DNA from: Podarcis erhardii
Lineage: Eukaryota
Strand: one strand, 5' to 3'
Assembly: GCA_964252035.1 (NCBI GenBank)
Contig: OZ176207.1
Length of the DNA: 64,000 nt
Positions within the stretch are counted from its first letter, which is position 1. Each line of letters opens with the position of its first letter. The position numbers were made by a program, and so were the translations under genes. Of the stretch, positions 1 to 12,658 are shown piece by piece. The notes beneath the pieces were generated by a model. The model worked only from the letters and a program-made list of their open reading frames with translations. It ran no database searches and was not told where the DNA came from.

Positions 1-206
1 TTGACTTCCAAAACATTCAACTTCCCAAACACGGCTTCTGATTGGCTGCAGGAAGCTCCTACAGCCAACCAGAAACCGCAGAAGCCCCGTTGGACATTTG
101 GCTTCCAAAAGAACGTTTGAAAACCGGAACACTCACGTCCGGTTTTCGATCGTTTGGGAGCTAAAACATTCGACTCCCAAGGCGTTTGGGAGCAAAGATA
201 CAACTA
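1..206. mobile_element. Right part of a Tc1/mariner-type MITE (truncated by window start)
   Basis: CpG-rich, repeated cgtttgggag subterminal motifs, ends gatacaacta+TA resembling the ggtaccactg+TA terminus of other MITEs in the window. Confidence 0.5.
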
Positions 207-226
207 TAATGCGTTATTAAAATGTA

Positions 227-240
227 ACACCAGAGGGCAC
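227..240 (+). promoter_or_regulatory. Candidate CTCF site
   Basis: ACACCAGAGGGCAC matches CCASYAGRKGGCRS at 13/14 positions; motif only. Confidence 0.4.
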
Positions 241-3200
241 TGCAGAGCAACCACGAACCAGGCAGTAAAGGAAACTGATGTTTTGAAGGAACATTTAAGA
301 TAAGGCACATTTTTTTGGCAGTATTCCTGTGATGTTTTAGAACGATATAGCTAATATAGTTCTAATAACATTAAAAGGGTCATTGTAGATACAGCCTAGG
401 TTACCAGCCAGGGGCAGTAATGTAGGGTGTATAGGGTGTGTGGTGCATGAAGGGCCTACAGGTTCTTAAGTGGTCCCCCAAATACAGAAATCTTAAATTA
501 TCATATAAAATAATTTCATTGAATATGACAGTTATATGATAAAGTTTGTTTATATTTTTATTCTCTGAAATTAAAAAATCCAAAACATTCTCTTGCTAAG
601 CTTCTATGATATCTGCATAGTTTTAATGCTCTTTAAAAAAACCCTATACCTATTCCTGTTGCCATAGTAAGTTTCCAAACTTAACATTGATTTGAGACAT
701 GCTTTAGGTACATAACCATTCAAGAAGGCTTTCAGGAATAGCTGTGAACATGTTTGGTTGTGAATTTTCTTTGAAAAAGTCAAAAGTTGTCAATGTTTAA
801 AAAAATGAAAATAGATCTTTAACACATCAATTAATATTATCTATAAAGATTCATATATGAGCACTTTGATGATACATGCTTCATATTTCATTTCATTTCT
901 TCTTCTCATAATTAATGTTTCATCTCCAGTCAGAAGTTATGTAATTGGATGCTGGTGTACAATCAAACTAAATTGGGAGAATACCTCTAGGAATGGATGC
1001 TATGTGACAATATACTGTTTTTACAGAGGGGGGGGGGGAACATGGCTGTCCCTAAATCTTGTCTGTCAGGGATGGACATGAGCAAGAGCTACATTCCTAC
1101 AAGTGCTCCCAGGCTATAGAAGGCAAAGTGTCACTTGGGGAACATCTTCTCACCAATTGACTCCCTGCCAATTGACTGGTAGTACGACACAAGAATCACT
1201 ATGGATGGAGGATGACTGTCAGTTGACAATGCCAGAAAGCTGTTGCTTCCTGGGGTCTGCCCTGGTTCCCACCTCAAGTGTGATGATTGTGGCTCTTAGC
1301 TGGTAGTAAGAAAGAGATCTTTATTCTGGAAACATGATACAGGCTCAGCACCAAGCATTAAGTTATAACAACTTCAAACTTCTGACTAGGCAACAAAAGG
1401 GCTTGATTGGGCAGAATAGAAACAGAGCTTAAAATTCAAGAGTCGAAGGAGTTCAGGACTACACAGGAGCTATGGAGCTATCCCAATAGATTTCAACACC
1501 CACCCGCCAAGCTTTCAAAGGCGAAGTATGGCAAGGTTATTTGTGAAATCCCTGTGCTAGGGTGGAAGCTTGCAGGCATGCGCTGCACTTGGGAAGGGGA
1601 ACCTGTCCCCACCTGAGGAGGTGTTGCCGGGTCCAAGGCAACAAGGCTGAGTCCTTTCTTTTCAACTCCTGTTCATCCATCCTGAGAAAGCTGGTTGTTG
1701 TCCTCCTTAGCCCCCAATGAGGCTTTCTACTTTCCAGGAGGGAAGGGGAGAGCTGGGCTCTGAGTACTAGATTTGGAGAATGGTGAGGACTTCTCTCTTC
1801 TGTTCCAGTACTTTCTATCTTGAAATTCGAAAGTAAGTTGAGAGCAAGTGCTTCCACCCAGACTGGATAAGAGCAATAATTCCCTGCATTGGACTCTGCC
1901 CTCAGTCACTGTCACACCCATTTCATTATCCATCATTTGGGTCCTTGCCTTCTATTGCCAAACTGTTTGGGGATTTAATGAAGCTGTGGCCTATTTCCAT
2001 TCCAGTGCTGGGTGTTGTCTCTCTTTATTCTTTTCCAAGCCCGTTGCGAGCACCAACTCTTTTTACAAACCACTGTCAACCAATCCCTAAGTTGAGAGAG
2101 AAAGAGAGACGTATATGCCATTTCCCAATCTCCACCCTAGAACCACACAATGTAATTGATTTTAGAAAGCAGAAAACCATATTTTAGAGCAAGTGAAGAT
2201 CCAAATAGCAAGAAAGAGTTGTCAGAGGATAAAATTCTGTAAAACTCTTTGCCAAGTGTATCTGGTTGTTGCTTACCTCCCACTCTCTGTATGTTGATTA
2301 TCTGATCCAAGCATGCTTTAGACTCCTTCATCTCTGGCATCCTTCCAGCACAAGAAACTCCTCCGTTTACAGATAATCTGACATTCCCAGCCTTAATTTT
2401 TCTCATGAAACAGTCACAAAAATGCAGATAATCTTAGGTAAAATAATAACCGCTCAGAGAAAAACAAATGCATGTAAGGCTACTTAATAAGGTTTGAAGA
2501 CATACGCACATGCAGTATCTAGAATACTTTTAATCTAGCATTATTCATACAATTTCTTCTGGAGTAATTGTATCTACTGGTCTTATGTCCAATGAAGCCA
2601 CCAATTTTGCCACACATGACACCAGATGGGCAGAGGCTAACATGGCGTTCTACATTAGACAAGTGAGGCAGAGCCACATGCATGCTTAGTACCACTGCAC
2701 CACCTAAAACGATATTATACTTCCACTTACAACAGTTTTCTGTCTGGAGCACTTACTGATATAAAAAGCTGCTATGAAATGCTATGTTAGATATTGGGTT
2801 GTATCAAATGAAATTCTACACAGGGTTGACCATTGAAAATAATCGATGAAAACTAGGCATGCCTATTAATTTCAGTGGGTCTACTCTGTGTCCTTAGCTA
2901 CCTCTTATATGTCACTAATAGTGTACCTTGGAGTATATAACTGGGCCATGAGTTCATAGTGTTAAAGATAATGTTTGGGAAACTATTGTCCCATCTTGTT
3001 AGTTGTTGCTTATAGGACCAATGGAATAACAGGACTCACTTCTCACAGACTCACTAATAGCTTGGCTACTGATGGCTGTTTTGAAAATAAGTGTGCTAAG
3101 ATGTGGGGAGGGGAGAGCAAGAGGAAGAAAGGAGATGCATTTCTGAGACCATACTGCTTTTCTTAAAATGTAATGGAAGGAAGGAGCCCTCATCTTCCTG

Positions 3201-4317
3201 GATCTGAAGCACTATGGTCCTTAATGAGAAGCATAAATAGAAGCATTTTTGCTAACCACCAAATTAGAAACAAATGTGTAGCCCCGAAGGAGGGTTTTTC
3301 TTTGAGGGGGGGTTACCATGTGGTCTGATCTTTATGTACCAATCATTGCCTGCAGCATATAATAAAGTATATTTAACTCTTTAGAAACTTGTATTAATGC
3401 CAGAAGGAAATAAAATGCCAGGGCGGCCCACTTTCATTGATGACATACATTACTTTCATGTGCTGCTTTCATGCTAGTCATTCAGAAAGGCTGAGCCTCT
3501 CTCTCTCTCTTCCAGTGGTAAATTGTCAAGTGGAACTGGAGTTTATCAACACAAATTATTTGGAGAAAAACAGAGAGCCAGACCTGGGTGGTGAAGTTAC
3601 TAGCATTATTACAAGCTAAAGGAACGGCAGAGCCTGAGAAGGTGAGGGAGAAAAGACTATAAAACACATATTCGTTAACACACACACAGAGAGAGAGAGA
3701 CACACACACACAACATTCAGTAACATTTCCCAGACCTTCAGTTATAGAGAATTGGTTTAACTCACAGGTGGCAAAACTAAAATATATTATTCTGCCCCAC
3801 TTGATGGAAGATCCAATCTACTGAAACCTGTGGGTCTTTTTATTTCCAAACATAGCAACCCATGCATAAACACACTTTTGTTAAGCATGAGAGATTGTGC
3901 TGTTCTATAACTTCTTCTATTTCAGAAAAAAAAAGTGTGAGGGGAGGCAGGATAGGACAAACAGTATTTTTCTTTATTGGGTGGTTAGCAACCATGCCTG
4001 GCTTCATTGGGAGCTTTTAAAAATGGCTATTACTTTCAGCGTGTGTGTGATTGAAATTACAGGTTAGGAGTGAAAGATTCAGCCTCCCTCCCCACTCTGT
4101 GCACTGTGGCCCTGATAAAAACTGTCCTCTTAGCTAAAGCATCCAGGCCTGGGAGCTAATGAGGCAGTTAAAGTAGTGTCTGATTTTGCCCTTACTGTGA
4201 GCAGCCCACCTGGTTTTTCCTGTCTTTCCTGCATTTTCCTTTAAGCAACATTAAGTTTTCACGAGTGTCCAGAGCCACAACCTTGCAGATTCCCTCATAG
4301 TAGTAGAAGCTGAATGT

Positions 4318-4625
4318 TGGAAATTTAGGAAGTACTTCTTCACATAGCACGTAGTTGACTTATGGAACTGACTTCCACAAGATGTGGAACTTTGCTGGCT
4401 TTAAAGGGAGTTTAGCAAATTTGTAACAGATACGGCTGTCAGTGACTAATAGCCATGATAGATATGTTCTAGTACTTATGCCAGAGGCAGTATGATAAAG
4501 CTCACAAGTGGGGCAAGTGATGTTGCCCTCAGGACCTCCTTAGGGCTTCCCATATGCATCTCATTGGCCACTGTGAAAGCAGGATACTGCACTAGATGGG
4601 CCTTTGGTCTGATCTAACAGGGTTA
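4318..4625 (+). mobile_element. CR1 LINE 3' end fragment, degenerate
   Basis: aagtacttcttcacatagcacgtagttgacttatggaac and ctagatgggcctttggtctgatc resemble reptile CR1 ORF2 end and 3' tail. Confidence 0.6.
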
Positions 4626-7600
4626 ATATTTATCAAAATACAGAAATGTATGAAGTGATTATTCTCATAGGTGTCTCTGGTGATGAGACAAGACTAGCCG
4701 AAATAAATTTAATGAATCTGAAATACCGTAATTATGGAAGCTATCTCTTCTGGGTAAATGAAGGGAGATGGATCCATGCATAATATTAATAAATCCAGCA
4801 GCTCAACTGATCTGACCTATCTAATAGCAACCGACAATGTGATTTTTTAAAAAATGTATGTGATGTTGGGCCAATCTATTATCATCAGCCTCTTTATCTC
4901 CTGTAACTCCAAGGAGCATTCCAATTAATAGCTGATAACACGTTACAGGTTTCTAGTGGATAAAACTCATTTTAGAGACAGAGGTATCCAGCCAAACAAT
5001 GTGTGTGGAGGGCAGAGCAATTTTGAACAGAATTAATGAGCTTTGTCCTGTTCTTTTGGCTCAAACAACAAAGAGTTGTTTTCAGCAAAAACACGACATT
5101 CAGTTGCATTGGCTACTATGTAGGATGCCATGAAACTAACCCAGTTGCTGATTTTCTATTGTTAGTATCTTCTAAGGATGTGGCTGCATCAGCTGTTTGT
5201 CCTGGGATATACCAATAATAGCTGGTGCCATGTACAACTTAGTGTGAATGGTCTCCTTCTGCTTCTGAATTTACCTACAGGGTGAGTGAGAATTTTATTA
5301 AGAGGTGTCATCTTTTCCATAACAACTCCAGGAGTTTTCCTCACGATGTTCAGATATTGTGGGGATAATTGTCCCCTATCAGCTTGCTGCTTGAAGGAGC
5401 AAGACAGGATGTTCAGGGCCAGATTTAGGAATAGATGAACCATGCAGATGCCTGAGGCACCAAACTCAAAGGGGCACCTGTCATAGACTATCTACTTGGC
5501 TAACCATTCAACAGCTGAAACAAATAGTACAAACAGTACATCTTCACTTGTAAAGCTGGCAATACTGACCTTCATGACCAAATTTGAGTTGTTATTTCCT
5601 TTTTAATTCATGGGGAAATGTACAACATTAATGCCCATTCATCAAACAGATAATCAGATAAGTTCATACAAATAATAATAATAATTTATTATTTATACCT
5701 CGCCCATCTGAGGAGTAAAGACCACGTTTCTAGTGTACGCACATTGTGTCAAAAGTAAGCATATAATTTTTTCAGCGCCTTGTATCTCCCATTGTAGGTC
5801 ATGGGTCCTTCTTCCTGTCATTGGGTAGGGTATAGAACTACAGACTTCTTAATAGTCAAACCAAATGATTACTTTTTCCATAAATCTGTTTTACCCACTA
5901 AAGCTTCAGTCCTATGAACACTTGAGAGTAATCACTATTAAGGTAGAGTCTGACCAATGTCTTCCTCACTAAGCATGCATAGGATCAAGTGGTAGGCCTG
6001 CTTACTACAATATAACCTGATGGAAGTTAATCACATTTAATTTCCCTTTAATGTGATTTAGCTCTTCTCTTTGTAAAATGTAAGTCAAAGGATAGGAAAA
6101 AGTGGATTTCAGTTATCATTTGAACACCTGTTTACACATATAGTGAAAATTCTAATCCACTTTAATATGTGAGAACAGAAGAAGGACTAGAACTAGTGAC
6201 TGGAAGTTGTTCCATATTCAATATGCAGATTGCAAAATGGTAATTCTATAAATTATCATCCTTCACTGCTAAGGATGCAAATGCGAGATGACTCACTGTT
6301 GTGGGTTTCTTTTTGGCTCCTTAAGAAAATGAGGACAGCTGCTAAGAATGATGAGCAACAGTATCTTTCTCATTTTTGTGTGTGGTTTTGCATCTTTTTA
6401 CAGCTGCTTTTGACATTCCACTTTGACTTGTCACTTCTTGACCACCCTGTCATATTTACAGAAATGTAGCTAAAGGTGAGAAGGGGGCAGATTCCACCCC
6501 CCTTCAATATAGGATTAGGCGTGAAACATCGTTAGGAGCTGTCAACAGCAAGGCAAAGCCCAGCATTGCACTGACACCTTCTTTCCTCCCCACCCATACC
6601 AGACAACAGGCTCCAGGAGTGTTCTTTCATTTTAATTCCACAAAATGCCCTAAAACAGATTTAGCCAACATGGTGCCTTTGGTATAATAAGTACTGCTAA
6701 TATTCTGGAACCTGCTGGCCCCATTGTTGCTGATTTTGGTTTTGGTCTCCAAGGTGGGCCTTGGTTTAGCAACTTTGGTCATGACTACAGGGTACATCTG
6801 GAAGACATTTTAGTCCTAGTGTTTTATCTTTCCTGTGTTGTTTAGTAATAAGTGATATTAAAGGAAGGAGGATCCAACAATAAAATATTTCTTAACATTA
6901 GGAGTCAAATAACGAAATGTCAAACGTCTAGGATAGCGGTTCCAAAACTTTCTCCTCAAGGACCACTTCAAAATTGCAGAGGATCTTGGCAGACCACTTC
7001 ATGTTTTTCCCCCCTGTTATAGCAACTGTAGCCTACTGTGCTAGATGCTGTATGATTTTTTTTGTATTTTAATTGCTTCTTTTATTTCTTATATTGTATG
7101 TTATTGTATTGCAATTTGAATTCTTTAAAATTTTCAATTTTCAGTTTGAATTCCGTAAAATTCTGGCGAGCATTTCAGGTTGCCAGATAGAACACTCTTC
7201 TTCTCCTCTCTTCATGTGCTGTTCGGAGAGTTCTCACAACACCCGCCCCCCCCCCCGCCAAGCCAAAAGGAGGGGGGCATGCAGAGGGAGGAGAGGAGGA
7301 AAGCTCCATTGCACAAGCAGAAGTCCACGTACAGGGATTATGCTGACAGGGCTCATTAGGTGAATCTCACCATATGCCTTCAGAAGAGGTGGAGTAAATT
7401 TAAAAGCTCCTTTAGACATAAGTGTCAATAGACATAAAAATGACTCCCCCACCTTCTTTATAGCCACACCTACAATGCAGGATGGAATTCTGAGTAACTG
7501 CAGCTAATCACACCATACAACTAGATGTAAAATAGACCCAGCCAGGTGTACGCTCTGTAGCTACATTGGTCCCTCCTCAGGTTTAGTGCATTTAGAGCAC

Positions 7601-7663
7601 ACAAATGGGAACTTTGGTATAAGAGTGCATGGCATGAACAAGTGGCCAGGGCTAAAATATATA

Positions 7664-7924
7664 CAGTCATACCTTGGGTTGAGAACGTGATCTGTGCAGG
7701 AGGCACATTCGCAACCCGCAGCGTTTGCAGCCTGAAGTGCTGCGTCTGTGCACGCGTGTGATGCGATTTGGCACTCCTGCGCATGCGTGTGATATTATCT
7801 TGTGTTTTTGCGCATGCACGAACGCCGAAACCCAGAAGTAACCTGTTCCAGTACTTCCAGATTTGGCGCGGTCCACAACCTGAAAACGCGCAACCCACAG
7901 TGTTCATAACTCGAGGTACGACTC
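7664..7924. mobile_element. Tc1/mariner-type MITE, about 260 bp (same family as 14238-14497)
   Basis: TA|CAGTCATACCTTGG ... CGAGGTACGACTC|TA imperfect TIRs with TA flanks; internal gcgcatgc motifs shared with the 14238 copy. Confidence 0.8.
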
Positions 7925-8917
7925 TATGCTCAAGTGCTCCTTAAGTTGAGCAAGTTGATTGCAATCACTCAAACATTCTTCTAGACTTCATGCTTCAGTT
8001 ACAGCCCTCTCCATTGATAGTGTCCCTACTGGCATCTGGCAATAAGACAAGTGTGGAATGACCTGTTTTGAGGCATTGGGCAAAATACCAAAGGCTTCTT
8101 GACCTCAAGGTCAAGTCAGGCCTACAGGTTGAAAGTCTTCAGGGAAGGTATGTCAGTAAGGTCTTCTGCCAACAGCGACACAAAAATTTGTCATAAACAA
8201 TTGAATAAAAAAGAATGTCATATTCTATCAATAGCTCATTGAATTAAGCAATAACCAAACTAGGAGGCACCATTCATTCTGTACAACAATAGCAGAATCC
8301 AGTAGTATTTTACTGAGGCATCACATGCCTTCAAGACTTAGCTTTTCTAAACTGCTCGGATTAATTAGTTTGCATAGACTATTCCAAGGTCGGTTAAAGA
8401 TGAAATATAGGCAGGATTAACTACTTTGCACTCACTTCAGAGACATTATTTATAGCATGCAATTTTATCCTTTTCCTCCCAGGCACATGTCAGAGAAAAA
8501 CACATCTTGTCATGCTTTGGCATTATCTCTCATTTTCCATTACAGTAACCAGGTGGAGATGCTTTTTATTCTGTGCCAGCAACATTGCATATCCAGAACA
8601 ATTTTTCTTCCCCCCACCCAAACTTTTAAAAATGATTTCTCTGCTCAAAGGCATTTTTCTTGTAGCAATATAGTCCTCCTAACATATGCTACCCTTCTAT
8701 TGAATATTCTACTCATCTGTGCTTGACAATGAAATGCAATGTGTTGTAGAAAAACTTGTTTTCCAAGTCTTGCCAGCAAAGGCAACTCAGCAGAGTGACA
8801 GCAGTTATTCAGTCATAGATTCCTCATTTATGCACTGGTCTATTTATTCATCTACTTGAGAAGCTGTTAGCCCACTTTTCTTCATAAAGACTGAAAAGTG
8901 GCTTCCAATAAAAAGTA

Positions 8918-9063
8918 CCGTATTTTTCTGTGTATAAGATTAGGTCCCCCCCTAAAAATAATGTCAAAAACTAGGGGGTGTCTTATGCATGGATACATCT
9001 CCCCCATTTTCTTAAATCTGGGTCCCCCCAAATAGGAGGCGTCTTATAGATGGAAAAATACGG
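8918..9063. mobile_element. Short Tc1/mariner-type MITE with CCGTA termini
   Basis: TA|CCGTATTTTTC ... GAAAAATACGG|TA. Confidence 0.75.
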
Positions 9064-9501
9064 TAAGAATGGGGTCTTCAAGTGTTCCATGTGGATTCTT
9101 GAAAAACCCTTGAGAAAATCAAGCCCCCAAGAATTTGAATTATCAAGTTTACCTGCATCAGAAATAGGCCATAACAGTTTGTAGTACTTTGTTTGAACCA
9201 GGACCAAGGAAAGGTCAGCTTATAAGGATGACATCAATTAAGCGTCATGGTTTTTTGCGCTAGAAAAAAGTGCAGTGTACAAAGTTTCAGAAGCTTAGTA
9301 ATTGTTAGCAAAACAGTCATTCTGAAATTCCCTGATACAAAGCAAGATGAAAATATCCATTCCTATTTATCTGAAGATTTATAATTTGCCTTTTGTTTCA
9401 AATGAGTTCTCAGGCATCCCTCAAAAGACAAAGAATAACATTGCAATGAAAGAAAGAGAAGACAACCTTTATTAAATCAAAGAACCCGAACATAATAGGT
9501 A

Positions 9502-9847
9502 AAAGGTAAAGGTAAAGGGACCCCTGACCATTAGGTCCAGTCGTAACCAACTCTGGGGTTGCGGCACTCATCTCGCTTTATTGGCCAAGGGAGCCGGCGT
9601 ACAGCTTCCGGGTCATGTGGCCAGCATGGCTAAGCCGCTTCTGGCGAACCAGAGCAGCGCACAGAAACACTGTTTACTTTCCCACCTATTTATCTACTTG
9701 CACTTTGACGTGCTTTCGAACTGCTAGGTTGGCAGGAGCAGGGACCGAGCAATGGGAGCTCACCTTGTCGCGGGTATTCAAATTGCTGACCTTCTGATCG
9801 GTAAGTCCTAGGCTCTGTGGTTTAACCCACAGTGCCACCCACATCTC
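9502..9847 (-). mobile_element. Sauria/Squam1-type SINE
   Basis: tRNA-like head on - strand, (ACCTTT)n tail, 13-bp TSD AACATAATAGGTA at 9489-9501 and 9848-9860. Confidence 0.9.
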
Positions 9848-10161
9848 AACATAATAGGTACCTGAGAGTAAAGATAGAGATTTTAGGCACATTTAGGATA
9901 GGGGTGTGTCCAATACTGTTGCTTGTCTCGTGGTAAGGCTTCTGTCAACAGAACATGATGGTAAACAATTTTTGGCAATTAATTCTCCCGGCTGCAGCCC
10001 CTGTACCACCCTAAATCTGCTCTGGGTGGGTAGGTGAGGAAATAGCTGGAAATGACTTTCTTCCCCATTTTGCTAATGGAAGCTACACCATCAGCTGAGC
10101 AACACCTGTTGATACAACCAGTATGATTTAAGTGCACAATTAACTGCTGAGGTCTCAGGTA

Positions 10162-10198
<37 letters not shown>
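10162..10198. repeat. (TTAC)n microsatellite
   Basis: direct reading. Confidence 0.9.
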
Positions 10199-10199
<1 letters not shown>

Positions 10200-11319
10200 T
10201 TGGTGTGTGGCATTCTCTGGATTGCATGGACCATATTTTATTGTCCAATTGCAATATTTTATTGTCCAGTTGCAGTTTTGCCATCTGTGTGAATTTTTTT
10301 ATATATTGGGAAGAAGGGAGTCAGCTAATACACTGCTATTTGCCTCATTACAGCTAAAGAGCGAGAGGACTGAGCTGCCAATTCCTGTGATTACTGGATT
10401 TTTGAAGAATGAAGACTGCTAAGCTCTGGTTCATGACAGGTAAGCTCTGATTTATGATACGTTCACAGGTATACACCAGATATGAAAGAGCAAAGTAGAA
10501 GAAAACATTAATCATTGCAGCAAATTAGGTTCTAGCAGTGCTTGCCAAGTTCTGATCCATTCAGCTGACATGCTGCAAAAGGTTGAGTGTCAAAACACTC
10601 CCTATGTTGTTAAAATGGATTAACTTTGGGCAGCTGTATTGTCATCAGTTGTACACTTCTTTTAATTAGCAGATCTACAGCAGTGTTGAAATGATGTGCC
10701 CATTTTCTCTTCACTGTTGCCAGACACTTTTGAGTTGAAAGCAATGCCAGCTTTGTGCATGTGCCTGGCCTACAGCACAAAGTTAGGGGTCTCCCAAGCT
10801 TTTCTGTTTTCTTCCTTCCTTCCTTTCACAAAACTGTTTCTAGCCCTCATTTGAGTGTATAAATGGGTGTTTGGCAATGTATCCTTGGAGATTTATGTCA
10901 TGGTTCCAAACACTGGTGCCTATGTACCAGACTGCAGAATCATACATGGATCTGCCTCACATTACAGTAACCCTCTGAAGAAGGGTGAGAAATATTAAGT
11001 TCCCCATTGACAATCTCAGCGCTACATCACAAGCTGTACTGATAAATTAGTAAGTCTATCACAAGTACAGACACAGCCTTTAACAATTTGTTCCAGTTTG
11101 TGCTCCTCACAAGAATAATATCCAGAAATAAATCATTTGAAGGGGCATATCATCTGAACTAGTTATTTCGCCCAGCCTTTCCCAGAACTGCAGCCATTTC
11201 AAAAGCATACTGCTGTGCAAATGGCTACGTACTTAGAGCTAAACTAGATCTGATATTAAATGCATCCTTGCATTTAACCTACTGTTTAATTTAAAAATAT
11301 TATTTGTTAAATTTATTAG

Positions 11320-11843
11320 TTGCTTTATCTTGTCCAAGGCAACCCAGAGTGTCATACCAACCAACCAACCAACCAACCAACCAAGATCCACACAGATACA
11401 TTAAAACCAAGTGAGGGAAAATGCACCTCGATATATAATAATGGTGCCAAGTGAGCCTCCCCTGGGGAGAGTGTTCCACAAACAGGGAGCCACTGCAGAA
11501 AAAGCCCATTCTCATGTTGCCACCCTCTGGACCTCATGTGGAGAAGGCACACGAAGATGGGCCTCAGGTGATGGTTGTAGGGTCTGGGGTTGGTTCATGT
11601 GGGGAGAAGGCAATCCTTGAGGTACTGGCATCCTGAGCCATTTAAGGCTTTATAGGTCAAAACCAGCACTTTGAACTGGGCTCAGAAACTAATTGGCAGC
11701 CAGTGCAGTCGGCCAGGATTGGTGTTATATGCTCAAATCATCTTGTCCCAGTGAACAACCTGGCTACTGAATTATGCACCAACTGAAGTTTCCGAACCTT
11801 CTTCAGTGGCAGCCCCATGTATAACACACTGCAGTAATCTAAT
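11320..11843 (-). mobile_element. L2-type LINE 3' fragment with internal (CCAA)n microsatellite at about 11356-11383
   Basis: gagagtgttccacaaacagggagccactgcagaaaaagccc and ataggtcaaaaccagcactttgaactgggc resemble the antisense of reptile L2 ORF2 C-terminus. Confidence 0.65.
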
Positions 11844-12304
11844 ATTTAAATTATATTAACTAGGTGGGGGGTGCCAGCAGGGGATTTCCTCCCAAGGCAA
11901 ATACCAGCATCATTGGAGGGATTTTTGGCAGGACTGCAACAGGGAAGAAATTATTACATTCCCTCTCCATACACACCTATTTGCATTAAAAAACAAAACA
12001 AAATCCTTCACATTAAATTCAAAGATATATTTTATTTCACATCTACTTTGGCTCTTACTTCTGGTGTTTCCTATGGTGCTTTCTTCACACAGTTGTAGGT
12101 TCACATGTGCCTAAGACAATCACATGGAGGGAAAGAGGCAATAGAATTGACCAAATGAAGAAGATCTTAGACAGTTGAGACACATACACAGCACTGTTGG
12201 TAGGCAAGGCAATTTAAGGATACAAAAGCAGGATTTCAAGCATACCTTCTAATCCTTAGTAGTCCTGCCCAACAGCTTTGTTTGAGTCATCTAGCTTGAA
12301 GCCC

Positions 12305-12658
12305 TAGGGACGCGGGTGGCGCTGTGGATTAAACCACAGAGCCTAGGACTTGCTGATCAGAAGGTCGGCGGTTCGAATCCCCATGATGGGGTGAGCTCCT
12401 GTTGCTCGGTCCCTGCTCCTGCCAGTTCGAAAGCATGTCAAAGTGCAAGTAGATAAATAGGTATCGCTCCGGTGGGAAGGTAAACAGGGTTTCTGTGCGC
12501 TGCTCTGGTTCGCCAGAAGCGGCTTAGTCATGCTGGCCACATGACCCGGAAGCTGTACACCGGCTCCCTCTGCCAATAAAGCAAGATGAGTGCTGCAACC
12601 CCAGAGTGAGTCGGCCACAATTGGACCTAATGGTCAGGGGTCCCTTTACCTTTAGCTT
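12305..12658 (+). mobile_element. Sauria/Squam1-type SINE, full length
   Basis: gggacgcgggtggcgctgtgg head, B-box GTTCGAATCC, ccctttaccttt tail, 13-bp TSD TAGCTTGAAGCCC at 12292-12304 and 12659-12671. Confidence 0.92.

Noticed and set aside
10354-10439. Exon-like 86-nt segment on + strand (cattacag acceptor, strong CAG/GTAAGC donor)
   Set aside because: Stops in all three frames and no partner exons; could be a lncRNA exon but cannot be supported from sequence
12307-12400. tRNA-like A and B boxes (also at 9760-9847, 22606, 36620, 38738)
   Set aside because: Heads of tRNA-derived SINEs followed by SINE bodies and LINE-like tails, not tRNA genes
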